From a virus (lineage: Duplodnaviria > Caudoviricetes): a stretch of DNA of 51,893 nt. The position numbers were made by a program, and so were the translations under genes. Below, one piece after another: positions 9,466-18,870 of this stretch. The stretch spans positions 1 through 51,893 of the IMG/VR virus record IMGVR_UViG_3300048836_000042; one strand, given 5' to 3'. The notes under the pieces were generated by a model. It saw only the letters and a program-made list of their open reading frames with translations. It was not told the origin of the DNA and searched no databases. Each line of letters starts with the position of its first letter. Positions within the stretch are counted from its first letter, which is position 1.

Positions 9466-12051
9466 TTAGACTCCGCAGGAACCCCCGTGCCCTGTGAGTT
9501 CACAGATATCCACTTCTTCGAAGACTGTTCCTTTGTGCTTGATTGCGTCCTCGTAGGGGACAACTGTGAGGGGCTGCCCTCCTCGTGATCCGTCGGGGTA
9601 GCACGTAAAACCTCTAAGACGAGGGGCATACCTCGCCAGGATACCAGCAAACGTGTTAACGTCTGATTCAGAATTTCCTCGTGAACCCCATGAGGGAAGG
9701 TTGATGGTAGAACTGATCGACATATCAACGTAGTCCTGAATGTCTGCTTGGAATTTGATTCGTCGTTCATAGTCATGTGCTAGGTCCAATGCTGTGTCAA
9801 TAGACTCAGGCTTTACTCCGTACTTTTCGATGAGGTTTTGAGCGGTCCCATCGACAACGAACTCGTATTTCCACTTTGTTCCATCCGTGAGATAACGTCG
9901 CTTATATGCCACTGCAAAGAGTGGTTCAATTCCTGTAGTTGTTCCAGCAAGAATTCCGATGGTACCAGTTGGTGCGATAGCGCGGTACGCAACGGGCCTG
10001 CTAATGTAATAACGGTCGCAGTGCTCATTTGCGCTTTTTTCAGACTCGGTTCGATATACTTCAAGCCATTGTTTGAGTTCATTTGTTACCTCGTATCTTT
10101 GTCCTCGTTGTAAGAGCCACTCGTGGATTCCCATGAGCCCAAGCCCAAGCCGACGATTCTTTTCTCGGACTCGATAAACTTTGTCATACGGGAGATCCGC
10201 ACGGAGAGTTCCGCAAACAAGGAACTTAGAGGCAAGTTGTACAACGGACTTGAACTGTTCAAGATTCTCAATATTCCCCATGTTGATGCTACCCAGATTA
10301 CAAACATCGCTGTCATCTTCCGAAGTAACCTCAGTGCAATTTGATACAATTATCCCCTCCGCCATAAAAGAGTGTTCATCTACCACAACGTCACAACAGT
10401 ATACATCAGAGTAGCCTGCATCCTCTACCGAAAGAACTTTGATTTTGGCTTTGCGGTAGGAATCATAAGAAGAAACTTTGAGCCGTTTAGTTGGAATGAT
10501 TTTAGCAAAACGAGAAGTGTATTCACTATATACCGTGAGCATATACCCCTGCGTTTGTCCATATGTAGAGAAACCAGCAGTTGAAATTCCGGCAAGGATA
10601 CCAAGACTTTCTAGCAGTCTACGAACTCCCTGCAAAAATGCTTCGTGCTTAGAGGCAACTCGTACTGCCCCCCTCTCGGCTACATAGTTTCCATCTGCAT
10701 CAAACAACCCGGCCAAGAAACTACATTGTTCTGCTGTAGGTTTGCCAAACAAATCCTCCGGGAATACCTCTTTGTGCCTATTAGCAAACAAGTTATGGTT
10801 CTTTGTGTATGCTCGCAAATATCCCCTAGAATCCGAGTAATTCCACGAAGTCAATAGATCCTTGTCAAAGTTATCAAAGCAGTCTCTACTCGCATCCGTA
10901 CAGAAAGATACGTCGGCCCGAGGATATGAACGATGAAATGTGCCATCACCATAGATATATCCTAGTGTGTAGTGTTTTGTGCAGAGAAAACTATCCACTT
11001 CATTGTTAAGTTGAATGAGTAGATTATCTCCCTCTTGGAGATCCTTTGCGGGTTTTTTAGTCCCATCTTCCAAGAAGAACTCATGGGTAGGTTCTGCAAC
11101 AATCTCCCGGCCACCGGACATATACACTCTAACTACCGAAGCGTTCTCCATTGTCTTGTTAAAGACAGTATTGGCCCACTGCTTACCTGTCCAGACCTTT
11201 ACTGTAGACCCGACAATATCCCTAATTTGCTTGTATCCATCAATGGTCAAGACATATGTATCTGGCCCCAATGGAGCGTTACGAAGTGTTTCATTCTCTT
11301 TATCCCCAAAGTTAAAGCTGAATCCTGGCTCACCAGTACGCATTGCTTGGTAGCAATTCTCAATAAACACGGAGTTATTTTCCAAGCCAAGACTGTGTCT
11401 GATTGAGGCGTCGTCATAGTTCACAGAAATATTGGTCATGTCAAGCGGAGCCCAAGCATTGAAGTTACGCTCTTTCATGGCCTTTACTTCATCTGACCAA
11501 TTCTTTGCTCTAAGGAAGTCAGGAATATCTTCATGTTGCCAATTAAGTGAAGCGTAGATTGCGGATCGCCTAGAGCCCCCTTGCATAATTCCACGTCCCA
11601 CCTCATTCATCATTTGCATCAGAGGGACCGGACCAGAGGCTAGTCCCCCGGTTTTTGACAAGGGTTTTCCAGCGGGGCGTAGCCTAGAATAATCTACCCC
11701 GATACCGCCACCAACCATTAAGCAGGAGCTAGCTCGCCAGAGAAGTTCCGCCCATTCTTCTCTGGTGTCATATTCTGCTCGTAATAGAAAACAGTTATTA
11801 TAATATTTATTCGGCCGCCCTGCGTAATAAAGGTATCGTCCTCCAGGTAGGAAGCGCATCTCTTTAATATGTTGGGCAAGTTCTCGTCGGTCCCCTTCCG
11901 ACATAAGTACAGGTAGGGTCCCCCCGCGACTGCCACAGACATCCTCAACCAGCCGGTCGGCGAGAGCATCCCAGTCATCACTTGGTCCTTGTGCATATTT
12001 TTGCCTAAAAATGTTTTGTGCAAAAGAAGTCTTAAATCGGTTTACCTGCAT
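9466..12051 (-). CDS. nrdJ: Ribonucleotide reductase, class II-like, intein-containing
   Basis: FLPGGR, NNCF, GGGIG, QGGSRRSA, NA|CTE...VCNLGS, APTGT motifs; no nrdB small subunit seen in the genome; likely start MQVNRF at 12051. Confidence 0.88.
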   Translation of the reverse strand: MQVNRFKTSFAQNIFRQKYAQGPSDDWDALADRLVEDVCGSRGGTLPVLMSEGDRRELAQHIKEMRFLPGGRYLYYAGRPNKYYNNCFLLRAEYDTREEWAELLWRASSCLMVGGGIGVDYSRLRPAGKPLSKTGGLASGPVPLMQMMNEVGRGIMQGGSRRSAIYASLNWQHEDIPDFLRAKNWSDEVKAMKERNFNAWAPLDMTNISVNYDDASIRHSLGLENNSVFIENCYQAMRTGEPGFSFNFGDKENETLRNAPLGPDTYVLTIDGYKQIRDIVGSTVKVWTGKQWANTVFNKTMENASVVRVYMSGGREIVAEPTHEFFLEDGTKKPAKDLQEGDNLLIQLNNEVDSFLCTKHYTLGYIYGDGTFHRSYPRADVSFCTDASRDCFDNFDKDLLTSWNYSDSRGYLRAYTKNHNLFANRHKEVFPEDLFGKPTAEQCSFLAGLFDADGNYVAERGAVRVASKHEAFLQGVRRLLESLGILAGISTAGFSTYGQTQGYMLTVYSEYTSRFAKIIPTKRLKVSSYDSYRKAKIKVLSVEDAGYSDVYCCDVVVDEHSFMAEGIIVSNCTEVTSEDDSDVCNLGSINMGNIENLEQFKSVVQLASKFLVCGTLRADLPYDKVYRVREKNRRLGLGLMGIHEWLLQRGQRYEVTNELKQWLEVYRTESEKSANEHCDRYYISRPVAYRAIAPTGTIGILAGTTTGIEPLFAVAYKRRYLTDGTKWKYEFVVDGTAQNLIEKYGVKPESIDTALDLAHDYERRIKFQADIQDYVDMSISSTINLPSWGSRGNSESDVNTFAGILARYAPRLRGFTCYPDGSRGGQPLTVVPYEDAIKHKGTVFEEVDICELTGHGGSCGV
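10339..11274 (-). mobile_element. 312-aa intein with LAGLIDADG homing endonuclease in RNR
   Basis: PLGPDT...EPTHEF...LGYIYGDG...LAGLFDADG...VYCCDV...HSF...IIVSN/C; removal restores NACTE. Confidence 0.9.
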
Positions 12052-12235
12052 CGTTTTCCCTGTTGTAGTATTCTTCACCAATTAGTTCATCTTTATATTC
12101 TTTAATCTCGGCAACAGCCTCTCTCTCTTGTTGCACTCGCAAGCGAAACCGCACACTCTTTGAATGATTGTGTGACAACACACTGTCGTCTGACTTTTCG
12201 TGTTTACGGTTGGATTTCTTTTCGGATGAACTCAT
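12032..12235 (-). CDS. Hypothetical protein
   Basis: Fills the gap before RNR in the operon direction. Confidence 0.5.
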   Translation of the reverse strand: MSSSEKKSNRKHEKSDDSVLSHNHSKSVRFRLRVQQEREAVAEIKEYKDELIGEEYYNRENDAGKPI

Positions 12236-12356
12236 CTTTTTCTAGGATCCTGTCTCGAAAGGTATCTACTAATTCTTCGGAGGTAATCTCTAGCAACTCA
12301 AGCAGAGTTACCTCATCAATATGGCGAAGCTCTTCTAGCAGCTCAATGTGGTTCAT
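12204..12356 (-). CDS. Small hypothetical protein (50 aa, not in the ORF track)
   Basis: MNHIELLEELRHIDEVTLLELLEITSEELVDTFRDRI...; ATGA overlap with the MazG-like stop. Confidence 0.7.
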   Translation of the reverse strand: MNHIELLEELRHIDEVTLLELLEITSEELVDTFRDRILEKDEFIRKEIQP

Positions 12357-12685
12357 CGCTCACTGCCAGATCCCATGATCAAATTACGTGCCTTACGGGA
12401 CTCCAGCTTTTCAATATTGCCTTTGGCTACATCCTCCAAGGACCAGTCATTGTCTCCAGCAATCTGACTGACGTACCATAGGATATCTCCGAGTTCCTTA
12501 TACAGCTTAGTAGCGGCCATATCTGGGCCGTAGTCCCCACGCAGAAGTCGCTTGAAGACAGCAGCCACTTCCCCGGCCTCTTCCAGCAGACCCATTACCC
12601 GCTCCTCTGGGGGAGCTGAGGGTACCCGGAAATCTGCGGCCTTACTCTGGTATTCGTTCAACGTCATGTCATTTTGCACCATCAT
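12353..12685 (-). CDS. MazG-like nucleotide pyrophosphohydrolase
   Basis: EYQ..A...GLLEEAGEV...KELGDILWY...LEDVA..N.EKL..R. Confidence 0.88.
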   Translation of the reverse strand: MMVQNDMTLNEYQSKAADFRVPSAPPEERVMGLLEEAGEVAAVFKRLLRGDYGPDMAATKLYKELGDILWYVSQIAGDNDWSLEDVAKGNIEKLESRKARNLIMGSGSER

Positions 12686-12854
12686 CTTCCTCCCAATACC
12701 TTACATAGAAAAACTCACCTAGATCCCTAATTCGTTCCCGGGGATACCCCTGCTCTACTAGCCAGTCTTCCGTGCTAGGAACAGCGTGAGGAATCTCCTT
12801 GGGAAATCCATAGCGCCAGCCCTCGGGTGGGTCACAAATCAATCGTTTAGCCAT
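12669..12854 (-). CDS. Hypothetical protein (DPPEGWRYGFPK)
   Basis: AGGA RBS, coupled to the next gene. Confidence 0.65.
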   Translation of the reverse strand: MAKRLICDPPEGWRYGFPKEIPHAVPSTEDWLVEQGYPRERIRDLGEFFYVRYWEEDDGAK

Positions 12855-12865
12855 AGGTGTTATTC

Positions 12866-13096
12866 CTAAATTTTATTAACATTACTCTTTGCTTCATCCA
12901 CCTGAACTGAAATATTAAATTTATCTAAGGAATCTTTATCACAGAAGATTCGCAACGTATCGTCTTTTCCAAGGGGAATTGTTGCTTCCCTCATTATTTC
13001 AGTATTAAATACAATCTTTGTAGGTGGGTCATAAAAATCCGTGTCAAAGAGCGCGTAGTAGTATTTAACGTTCATTTTTGGCGGACTCCACTTCAA
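12866..13096 (-). CDS. Hypothetical protein
   Basis: Operon-direction ORF; start uncertain. Confidence 0.5.
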   Translation of the reverse strand: MKWSPPKMNVKYYYALFDTDFYDPPTKIVFNTEIMREATIPLGKDDTLRIFCDKDSLDKFNISVQVDEAKSNVNKI

Positions 13097-13394
13097 TAAA
13101 CTTCTCTAGAAAATGGATGGCTTTGCGAATGTCATCAATACCACCCTTATCACGCCACCGTGCGATGTACTTTAGAGCCGTACCATCCAGGTAGCCAAGG
13201 CCCCACTCTGTAATCACATCCCACGGCTGGAGGTCACCATACTTCTTATAGTGATTCCCAGCGACTTGCTTTTCATTGGCTTTGGGTTGTTTATAACCCT
13301 GCATGTCGGCGATATCGTGTTCATTTACCATATCGTCTCTCCAGATACCCAAGTGAGACAGGCATGAGGTCAAATTCACCGTCATGTACTTCAT
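13065..13394 (-). CDS. DUF3310/SaV-like protein (start probably downstream, near MVNEHD)
   Basis: QVAGNHY...QPWD...G.ALKYIAR..DKGG.DDIRKA. Confidence 0.8.
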   Translation of the reverse strand: MKYMTVNLTSCLSHLGIWRDDMVNEHDIADMQGYKQPKANEKQVAGNHYKKYGDLQPWDVITEWGLGYLDGTALKYIARWRDKGGIDDIRKAIHFLEKFIEVESAKNER

Positions 13395-14085
13395 GAAGCA
13401 TCAGGCAACCACGCCAGTGCTTGTTCCCTTGTGGTCCCATGTAATCTTCGTCATGCTGATAACAACTCCCTGCAATAATGCTAGTTAATCGAGTTCCGTC
13501 CGCCCGGTGTCCTGTGGCGATTTGTAGACCTTGCTGATGACCGGCAACACAGGACATATGCTTTTTGTTAAGCTGTGCAGCGGCTGTAGTGCAAGGGCGA
13601 CCGAGAACACCAGAGGTAAAATAGTGACTGTAAGCAATCCCGTCGATAACAACAACGTCGAGAAATGGATATACCTCCCAACCGAACTCTTTATACTGGA
13701 GATCCTCGATAGAGAGAACCCCATCTAGTTTCGGGTCGTTGTTTGTAGCCTTGACAATTCTTTGCTCATGATTGCCGAGAGTAAGAACAAGTCGTGGTAG
13801 GTACCTTTCTCGATGACCTTTACGAGCTTTGCTGTTATACTCTCGGAGAGGGGAGAGTAAATGTTCCATAGCTCGGTGTGTAGCTGCGATGTCATCTTTG
13901 TACCGTCTGCCTTCAAACGATTTAGTACCGACATCATAACTAGAGAGTGAAGGCATGTCTGCAAAGTCTCCTCCACAGATAACAACTTCTGGCTTTTTGT
14001 CAACGATGTACTGTCCAACTCGGGTGAGGTAACTCGTATCATGTGTGGGCTTTACTTGGCAGTCTGGTATATAAAAATGTTTAAT
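13321..14085 (-). CDS. Calcineurin-like metallophosphoesterase; probable ATT start
   Basis: IPDCQ, GGDFADM, LGNHE, YSHY, AGHQQ motifs; GGGGG 7 nt upstream of ATT-AAA-CAT. Confidence 0.82.
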   Translation of the reverse strand: MKHFYIPDCQVKPTHDTSYLTRVGQYIVDKKPEVVICGGDFADMPSLSSYDVGTKSFEGRRYKDDIAATHRAMEHLLSPLREYNSKARKGHRERYLPRLVLTLGNHEQRIVKATNNDPKLDGVLSIEDLQYKEFGWEVYPFLDVVVIDGIAYSHYFTSGVLGRPCTTAAAQLNKKHMSCVAGHQQGLQIATGHRADGTRLTSIIAGSCYQHDEDYMGPQGNKHWRGCLMLHEVHDGEFDLMPVSLGYLERRYGK

Positions 14086-14258
14086 CGACAAACCCCCTTT
14101 CTTCGGTGTCATCAATTGAATTGAAAACATTCATGCCTTGAGCAGTCAGGAAATTAAGAGAGAAAGTAAGGAGTGCTTTAGCTTCCTCTGGACTGATGGA
14201 CTGAGTAAATTTAATAGAACCATCCTCTTCAAATACAGGCACATCAATAATTTTCATT
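14081..14258 (-). CDS. Small hypothetical protein (MKIIDVPVF...)
   Basis: AAAGGA RBS; start coordinate approximate. Confidence 0.6.
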
Positions 14259-14595
14259 CTTGTTTTCCTTTTAGTAATTCGATGAAATGATCCAGGCTGA
14301 TAATTGCTAAGGGAATATGCCTGTCCATCTTCACTACAACTAGTGGTTCGTGGTTGCCATGCTCCTTTGCCTGGGAATAATAGGTATGAATCTGGGACTT
14401 TGCTTTGGACTTGCATTCGATCTGATATGGAATCAGTTTACGGGCGGCTGGTGATAGCTGGAGATCTTCTCCCCCGGCCCCCATACTAGTGCTTCTTACA
14501 TCATCCGGCTCCAAAGAAGGAAATGCTCTAAGTAGCTTGCCACGAACATACTTCTGGAAGTTCCGGCCTTTCGCTTTACAACTTTGCGGGGTCAC
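14254..14595 (-). CDS. PD-(D/E)xK nuclease, putative Holliday junction resolvase
   Basis: SCKAKGR.FQ...MGAGGEDL...IECK...QA...PLVV. Confidence 0.8.
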   Translation of the reverse strand: MTPQSCKAKGRNFQKYVRGKLLRAFPSLEPDDVRSTSMGAGGEDLQLSPAARKLIPYQIECKSKAKSQIHTYYSQAKEHGNHEPLVVVKMDRHIPLAIISLDHFIELLKGKQE

Positions 14596-15283
14596 CTATA
14601 ATGTTCCTCCAATGATCGCCTAGTTTACGGTGAATATACACACACTGGGCATTAAGGTCTAATTCTTCTTCCGAAGAATACCGTCCAAGTACGGCTTCAT
14701 AGCGTTCCCGATTGGACTCACACCCGTGTAGAATCCCGGCCGCTTTCTTAGGTCCGATTCCCCGGACACCTTTGATGTTGTCGGTAGTATCACCAACCAA
14801 TAGCTGATAAAAAAACCAATAATCCGCTTCCTCATTTGAGACAGTGTAGATTCGCTTTTCACGTACTACCTCTCCTAATCGTCGCAGTTCCCAATTATAG
14901 TGTAGTCCTTTAATTTGATTAAGGTCTTTGTCCAGATGTGCCAGGATGGTATCAGTGCACTCTAGCTGGCGGATACCAAGCATATCATCTGCCTCGATAT
15001 CATCCGTCCAGTTAGCTTCCCACTTCTCTGTGATATACTGCTTTACTTCTTTTTCCCAAAGGGGTCTGTAGGAGGCTTTACGATTACCTTTGTATTCTGG
15101 GTAGACATTATATCGGAAGTTGTTATCCCCGGAAAACCAAAGCTCGTATTCAGTGGCTCCGGTTTCTGCAAGGATGTTCTCGATGAAGCTGTCTGCTCTT
15201 GTGCAGGCAACTTCAACGTCTTCTTCTTCTGCGCTTGCAGCACAGGCAAACGCGAGGTTATCGGCATCAATTAACGCTCGCAC
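14576..15283 (-). CDS. 5'-3' exonuclease (T7 gp6/FEN-like)
   Basis: LIDAD, NFR...YPEYKGNR, EADD, DKDL, GDTTDNIKGV.GIG.KKA. Confidence 0.92.
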   Translation of the reverse strand: MRALIDADNLAFACAASAEEEDVEVACTRADSFIENILAETGATEYELWFSGDNNFRYNVYPEYKGNRKASYRPLWEKEVKQYITEKWEANWTDDIEADDMLGIRQLECTDTILAHLDKDLNQIKGLHYNWELRRLGEVVREKRIYTVSNEEADYWFFYQLLVGDTTDNIKGVRGIGPKKAAGILHGCESNRERYEAVLGRYSSEEELDLNAQCVYIHRKLGDHWRNIIGDPAKL

Positions 15284-15629
15284 TTACAGTGGTCCCGTAA
15301 TCAGTAGTATAATGGATACGCTTAATGCCAACAGATTCAATAAGAGCCATACACTCAGAGCAAGGGCGAGCCATCCCAATGGCACCTCCTTTAGTAAACC
15401 TTGTAACATATAGGTCACTTCCTGCAAGGTCTTCAAGACGCTTTTCCTTTAATAGTTTTAAGATAGCAGCAGCTTCGGCGTGTAGTGTCTCAGTATGAAG
15501 CAAAGAGGAGGGACGCCTGCTATTGAATCCCGTAGCCAGGATACGCCCTCCCTTTACAATCACTGCTCCTAGCCGATGCTGCGCAAACTCTGATTTAAGA
15601 GCTTGCTTTGCAGCCATGCGAAAGCTCAA
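15267..15629 (-). CDS. Zinc-dependent cytidine/dCMP-deaminase-family protein
   Basis: GAVIV...GFN...HAE...LYVTR...PCSEC. Confidence 0.85.
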   Translation of the reverse strand: MSFRMAAKQALKSEFAQHRLGAVIVKGGRILATGFNSRRPSSLLHTETLHAEAAAILKLLKEKRLEDLAGSDLYVTRFTKGGAIGMARPCSECMALIESVGIKRIHYTTDYGTTVSASVN

Positions 15630-15916
15630 AAATCAAACTCCCGTTTACGGTGTTGTGAAGTGAGCATTACTTTCAGCCGGTACTTTCCATCTGCCACAGG
15701 GAATCTCTCGGTGCTAACACGCTTCTTGTGGTAGTAAGCCCAATTCTTCACTGCGATAAACATCCTGTACATATCAGCGTATTCCATAGGATGGGTGAGA
15801 ATATAATCACCCACCTTTTTTAGATGCTTACTGAACCCGTACTTATCAGTAGGGAACGTCTTCGATAGCTGATTCCATCTTAGCCATGTTTTCTTCGGCG
15901 CCGACTCCGTAGACAT
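15626..15916 (-). CDS. Hypothetical protein
   Basis: Operon-direction ORF; start uncertain. Confidence 0.5.
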   Translation of the reverse strand: MSTESAPKKTWLRWNQLSKTFPTDKYGFSKHLKKVGDYILTHPMEYADMYRMFIAVKNWAYYHKKRVSTERFPVADGKYRLKVMLTSQHRKREFDF

Positions 15917-16358
15917 AATCAACAAACTCCTGTGCGACAGATAGAACATCTTGAACGCTAGGGGGCGTCTTGGCACCAGTGGTAAGCAGTTCTACTGCAT
16001 GACCGATACTAGACTGCTTGACAATAAGCATCTGGCGTAGCTTCCGCTCTTCAGATGTTTCGTAGTTGCTACCAGTTACCTTGCCACCACCATAGGCTGG
16101 CTTAGCTGCGGCGGGTTCGTCACCCATGGGCTTGATTGCCACCCAGTCCCAGTAATCCCCATTCTTTTTGGTTTCTACATCCCAGTTGCTACCCCTAGTA
16201 GCATCCTTGACAATATCAAAGACTTGTGGGTTGGCGAAGGAGAAAATCTTCTTGTTGCTGTTCTTGCCGTTAGCAGAATAAACAACGCTAGCAACGGTGT
16301 AGCCCTTCGGGCCTTTCTTTACGAACTCAGTCGTGACTTCTTGGATTGTGACTTGCAT
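15846..16358 (-). CDS. Putative ssDNA-binding/recombination protein
   Basis: Beta-rich N-terminus, IVKQSS helix, acidic tail ending EDVPY; next to the polymerase. Confidence 0.55.
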   Translation of the reverse strand: MQVTIQEVTTEFVKKGPKGYTVASVVYSANGKNSNKKIFSFANPQVFDIVKDATRGSNWDVETKKNGDYWDWVAIKPMGDEPAAAKPAYGGGKVTGSNYETSEERKLRQMLIVKQSSIGHAVELLTTGAKTPPSVQDVLSVAQEFVDYVYGVGAEENMAKMESAIEDVPY

Positions 16359-16367
16359 TTATTTCCT

Positions 16368-16914
16368 TTAATTAAAGTTAATCTCTCGCATATCGGCTTT
16401 GTTCGGCCCAACCTTGATCTCACACATGAGAGGCAGTCGTAGGGCATAGTCGAACTCTTCTTTGCAGTAGATGTGTGTGTTCTCCACTGCATCTTTTAAC
16501 ATCACACTAATATTATACACGTTTTTCTCCGGCGTGTCAAGGACCAGGCTATCGTGGATGGTTTGAATAAATTCTCCTTCTAGACCAGACTCTTTAAAGC
16601 GTTTGAAGAACGCAACTCTGGCGAGCTTAACAAGATCAGCACCAAAGGACTGGATAGGGTAGTTCTTGATCTTAGTCTCAGGCCACTTCCATCCGTATGC
16701 TGTTTGCTTGGGAGCAAAGTTAAAGTAGCGTCCTGCCGGTGTTTCGAGGTATCCATTCTCCTTTACAAATTTGATGTCGTTGTAGTGTCCTCTGGCGATC
16801 CCTTTGTATTTCTCGTAGAACTCATCAATGACTCGTTGCCACTGACGCTCTGTAAAGCCAACGTCGATAAAGTCTGAATCCATCGAATAGCCATATGCAG
16901 ATGCTCCGTATAAT
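16368..16914 (-). CDS. Family A DNA polymerase, C-terminal gene, exon 2
   Basis: LYGA (end of motif B), GY.ETP.GR, NYPIQS.GAD, TIHDS (motif C). Confidence 0.92.
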
Positions 16915-17523
16915 CCTATATGTTAGCTGCATGTTCCCATGCAGAGCAGACTATATCATCACCCATTTGCATGGGTGGGGTGCGCTTCCACAGTCTCCTG
17001 TGTACTCTCTTTCGAGATAGTCGTTACACCTTCAAAGGAGTTCCAACACTTGTGTTCAATTTGATGGCATCGCTTGCACAATACCTCCAGATTGCTATCA
17101 ACATTGTTGGTCCGGTTGTGATCTTTGTGGTGCCCTGCCCAAGTTCCTCGCTTGGAGGCGTCGATATCTGTACCACATCGTTCACAACAATAATTAAGAT
17201 ATTCCAAACGTTCTCTTGCAAGTCGCTGGAATACTGACAAACCATGGCGGTAGCCGGAAGCATCCGGCCCCCTTTTACTGCCCCGCCCCACACCTTTGAA
17301 TAGACCTTTCTTAATAGTCCATTCTTTAATCTGCTGCTTCTGTTTTGCTTTTGCGCAGGGCTTGCAACGCTTCTGGTTTCTTCCAGTACGTTGAAGGACA
17401 ACACCACAGTCTGTACACTGCATAATTATTTTCCTTTGCTTGGCTCGGGATTGTCCGGTCTGGAGTTCCCCCGAATTCACACCCTTCAACTAATACATTA
17501 CTGTATTAGCGGCCTTTATTCAA
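16915..17523 (-). mobile_element. Group I intron (about 609 nt) in DNA polymerase motif B
   Basis: P1 with U.G pair (GCU|UU..AAGGC); R-like AACGACUA; S-like GAUAUAGUCU; P9 CUGCAUG-GGAA-CAUGCAG; terminal G; splicing gives F-K-L-L-Y-G in frame. Confidence 0.9.
16959..17423 (-). CDS. Intron-encoded HNH homing endonuclease
   Basis: MQCTDC...CERC...HHKDHNRTNN...NLEVLCKRCHQIEH; AAGGA RBS; 3' end overlaps the intron core. Confidence 0.88.
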   Translation of the reverse strand: MQCTDCGVVLQRTGRNQKRCKPCAKAKQKQQIKEWTIKKGLFKGVGRGSKRGPDASGYRHGLSVFQRLARERLEYLNYCCERCGTDIDASKRGTWAGHHKDHNRTNNVDSNLEVLCKRCHQIEHKCWNSFEGVTTISKESTQETVEAHPTHANG

Positions 17524-17693
17524 AGCTTGAAGATGAAGATTTTAGCGATTGTTCTAGTCGGTAGTTTGAATCGCTCTTGATTGAGCGCATGGAGATCCAG
17601 TTTGTTAGAAAGTTCTGTGTGTAATACGTCATCTTTGTACCTATCCTCTGCTACGAAGATCTCAAGGCTTTTTACGTCTGCATTAATCAGCAT
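17524..17693 (-). CDS. Family A DNA polymerase, C-terminal gene, exon 1 (not in the ORF track)
   Basis: MLINADVKSLE (motif A) ... DLH ... RTIAKIFIFKL (motif B). Confidence 0.9.
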
Positions 17694-18870
17694 ACCTACT
17701 CACGAGTAGCTCGTCTACTTCCACAGGGGTGTTCTGCATGTTAGGCGCAGATGAGCTAAGTCGGCCGGTGATGACCACATTTTGATTATATTGCGGATGG
17801 ATTAGATCATCTTGCCAATTCATGTTTTTAATCTTCCCCTTTATGCTTTCAACCATTTCCACGACCTTGATTTTCCCGGACCTCTCAGCAAGTAGTTCCA
17901 GAAGTACCCCATTTTCTTTCTTACGACTCTTAAGTTGCTTGAGCGTCGGAGCGTCAGTCTGGTAAAAGCGTGTAGTGGCACTTGGATCCTCCGCCGTTTT
18001 CTTAACCTCTGTCCCCTCCAGCGGTTTAAAACGTTGGTCAAACGGAATGGCTGTAGTAAACCATCGTCTTTGAATATAGCTTTGCCCCGCCTTCTCACCA
18101 GTTTTGTATACGGCCGGACTTTCGGTTGCCCATTTAAATTGTATTTCGCCACCATAGAGGAGGGCACTTAGATGATCTCCAGAATCGTAATTGAAAGCAC
18201 CTTCAGGAATCCCATCAGGAAGATAGCCATTAAGCAAACGCTCAATACCGTTAATATCAGATGTGTACTTAGCCACCTTCTCATCTGCTTTAGCAGTATC
18301 AAACTTAACACCAGCCCACTCGGCAGCTTGTAAGGTCTTGAGGTCTTCACCTTCTAACCAGACCAATCTTTTCTGTTTTTCAGAGAGCATTCGCTGCTGT
18401 ACGTCAAAGAGCATTTTTGTAAGCTGCACGTCCCAGCAGTTGTACTCTTTGAGAATGGACAGTGGAATGTTTTCGGTACTGACACCCTGGTTCCAGTATT
18501 CGGCCACCAAGTCTGTTTTAACTGGTAGACCATATTCTTTACAAGTGTCATTAAGCGATGCAAACCTGTGCTCCTGCCCAGTGTAGATAAATTCCGCTAA
18601 TTGGCAGTCCCAGACTTTGTGGTTAGTTCGGAGCTTAATACCCACATTAGCAAGCCAGTGGATGTCGAACTTGATATTAAACCCAATGAGGCAATCAGCA
18701 CGCTCCACTGCCCTACTAAGAAAGGAAATAAAATCAGGGTCAGTGTAATATTTAAACACGATGCCATTACTGCTAAGGCAAGAATAACTGATGAGTCGGT
18801 TAAGCGGATCAAAAGGATGTCCTTTGTTATGTGTGGAAGTTTCAACGTCAAATACTAGGATGTTACTCAT
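17683..18870 (-). CDS. Family A DNA polymerase, N-terminal gene (3'-5' exonuclease + thumb)
   Basis: FDVET, GFNIKFD, YNCWDV, TGRLSSSAPNMQN. Confidence 0.9.
   Translation of the reverse strand: MSNILVFDVETSTHNKGHPFDPLNRLISYSCLSSNGIVFKYYTDPDFISFLSRAVERADCLIGFNIKFDIHWLANVGIKLRTNHKVWDCQLAEFIYTGQEHRFASLNDTCKEYGLPVKTDLVAEYWNQGVSTENIPLSILKEYNCWDVQLTKMLFDVQQRMLSEKQKRLVWLEGEDLKTLQAAEWAGVKFDTAKADEKVAKYTSDINGIERLLNGYLPDGIPEGAFNYDSGDHLSALLYGGEIQFKWATESPAVYKTGEKAGQSYIQRRWFTTAIPFDQRFKPLEGTEVKKTAEDPSATTRFYQTDAPTLKQLKSRKKENGVLLELLAERSGKIKVVEMVESIKGKIKNMNWQDDLIHPQYNQNVVITGRLSSSAPNMQNTPVEVDELLVSRYAD

Noticed and set aside
17520-17522. TGA read-through or stop-codon recoding in the polymerase
   Set aside because: The TGA lies inside the group I intron; other genes use all three stops normally and the tRNA is not a suppressor
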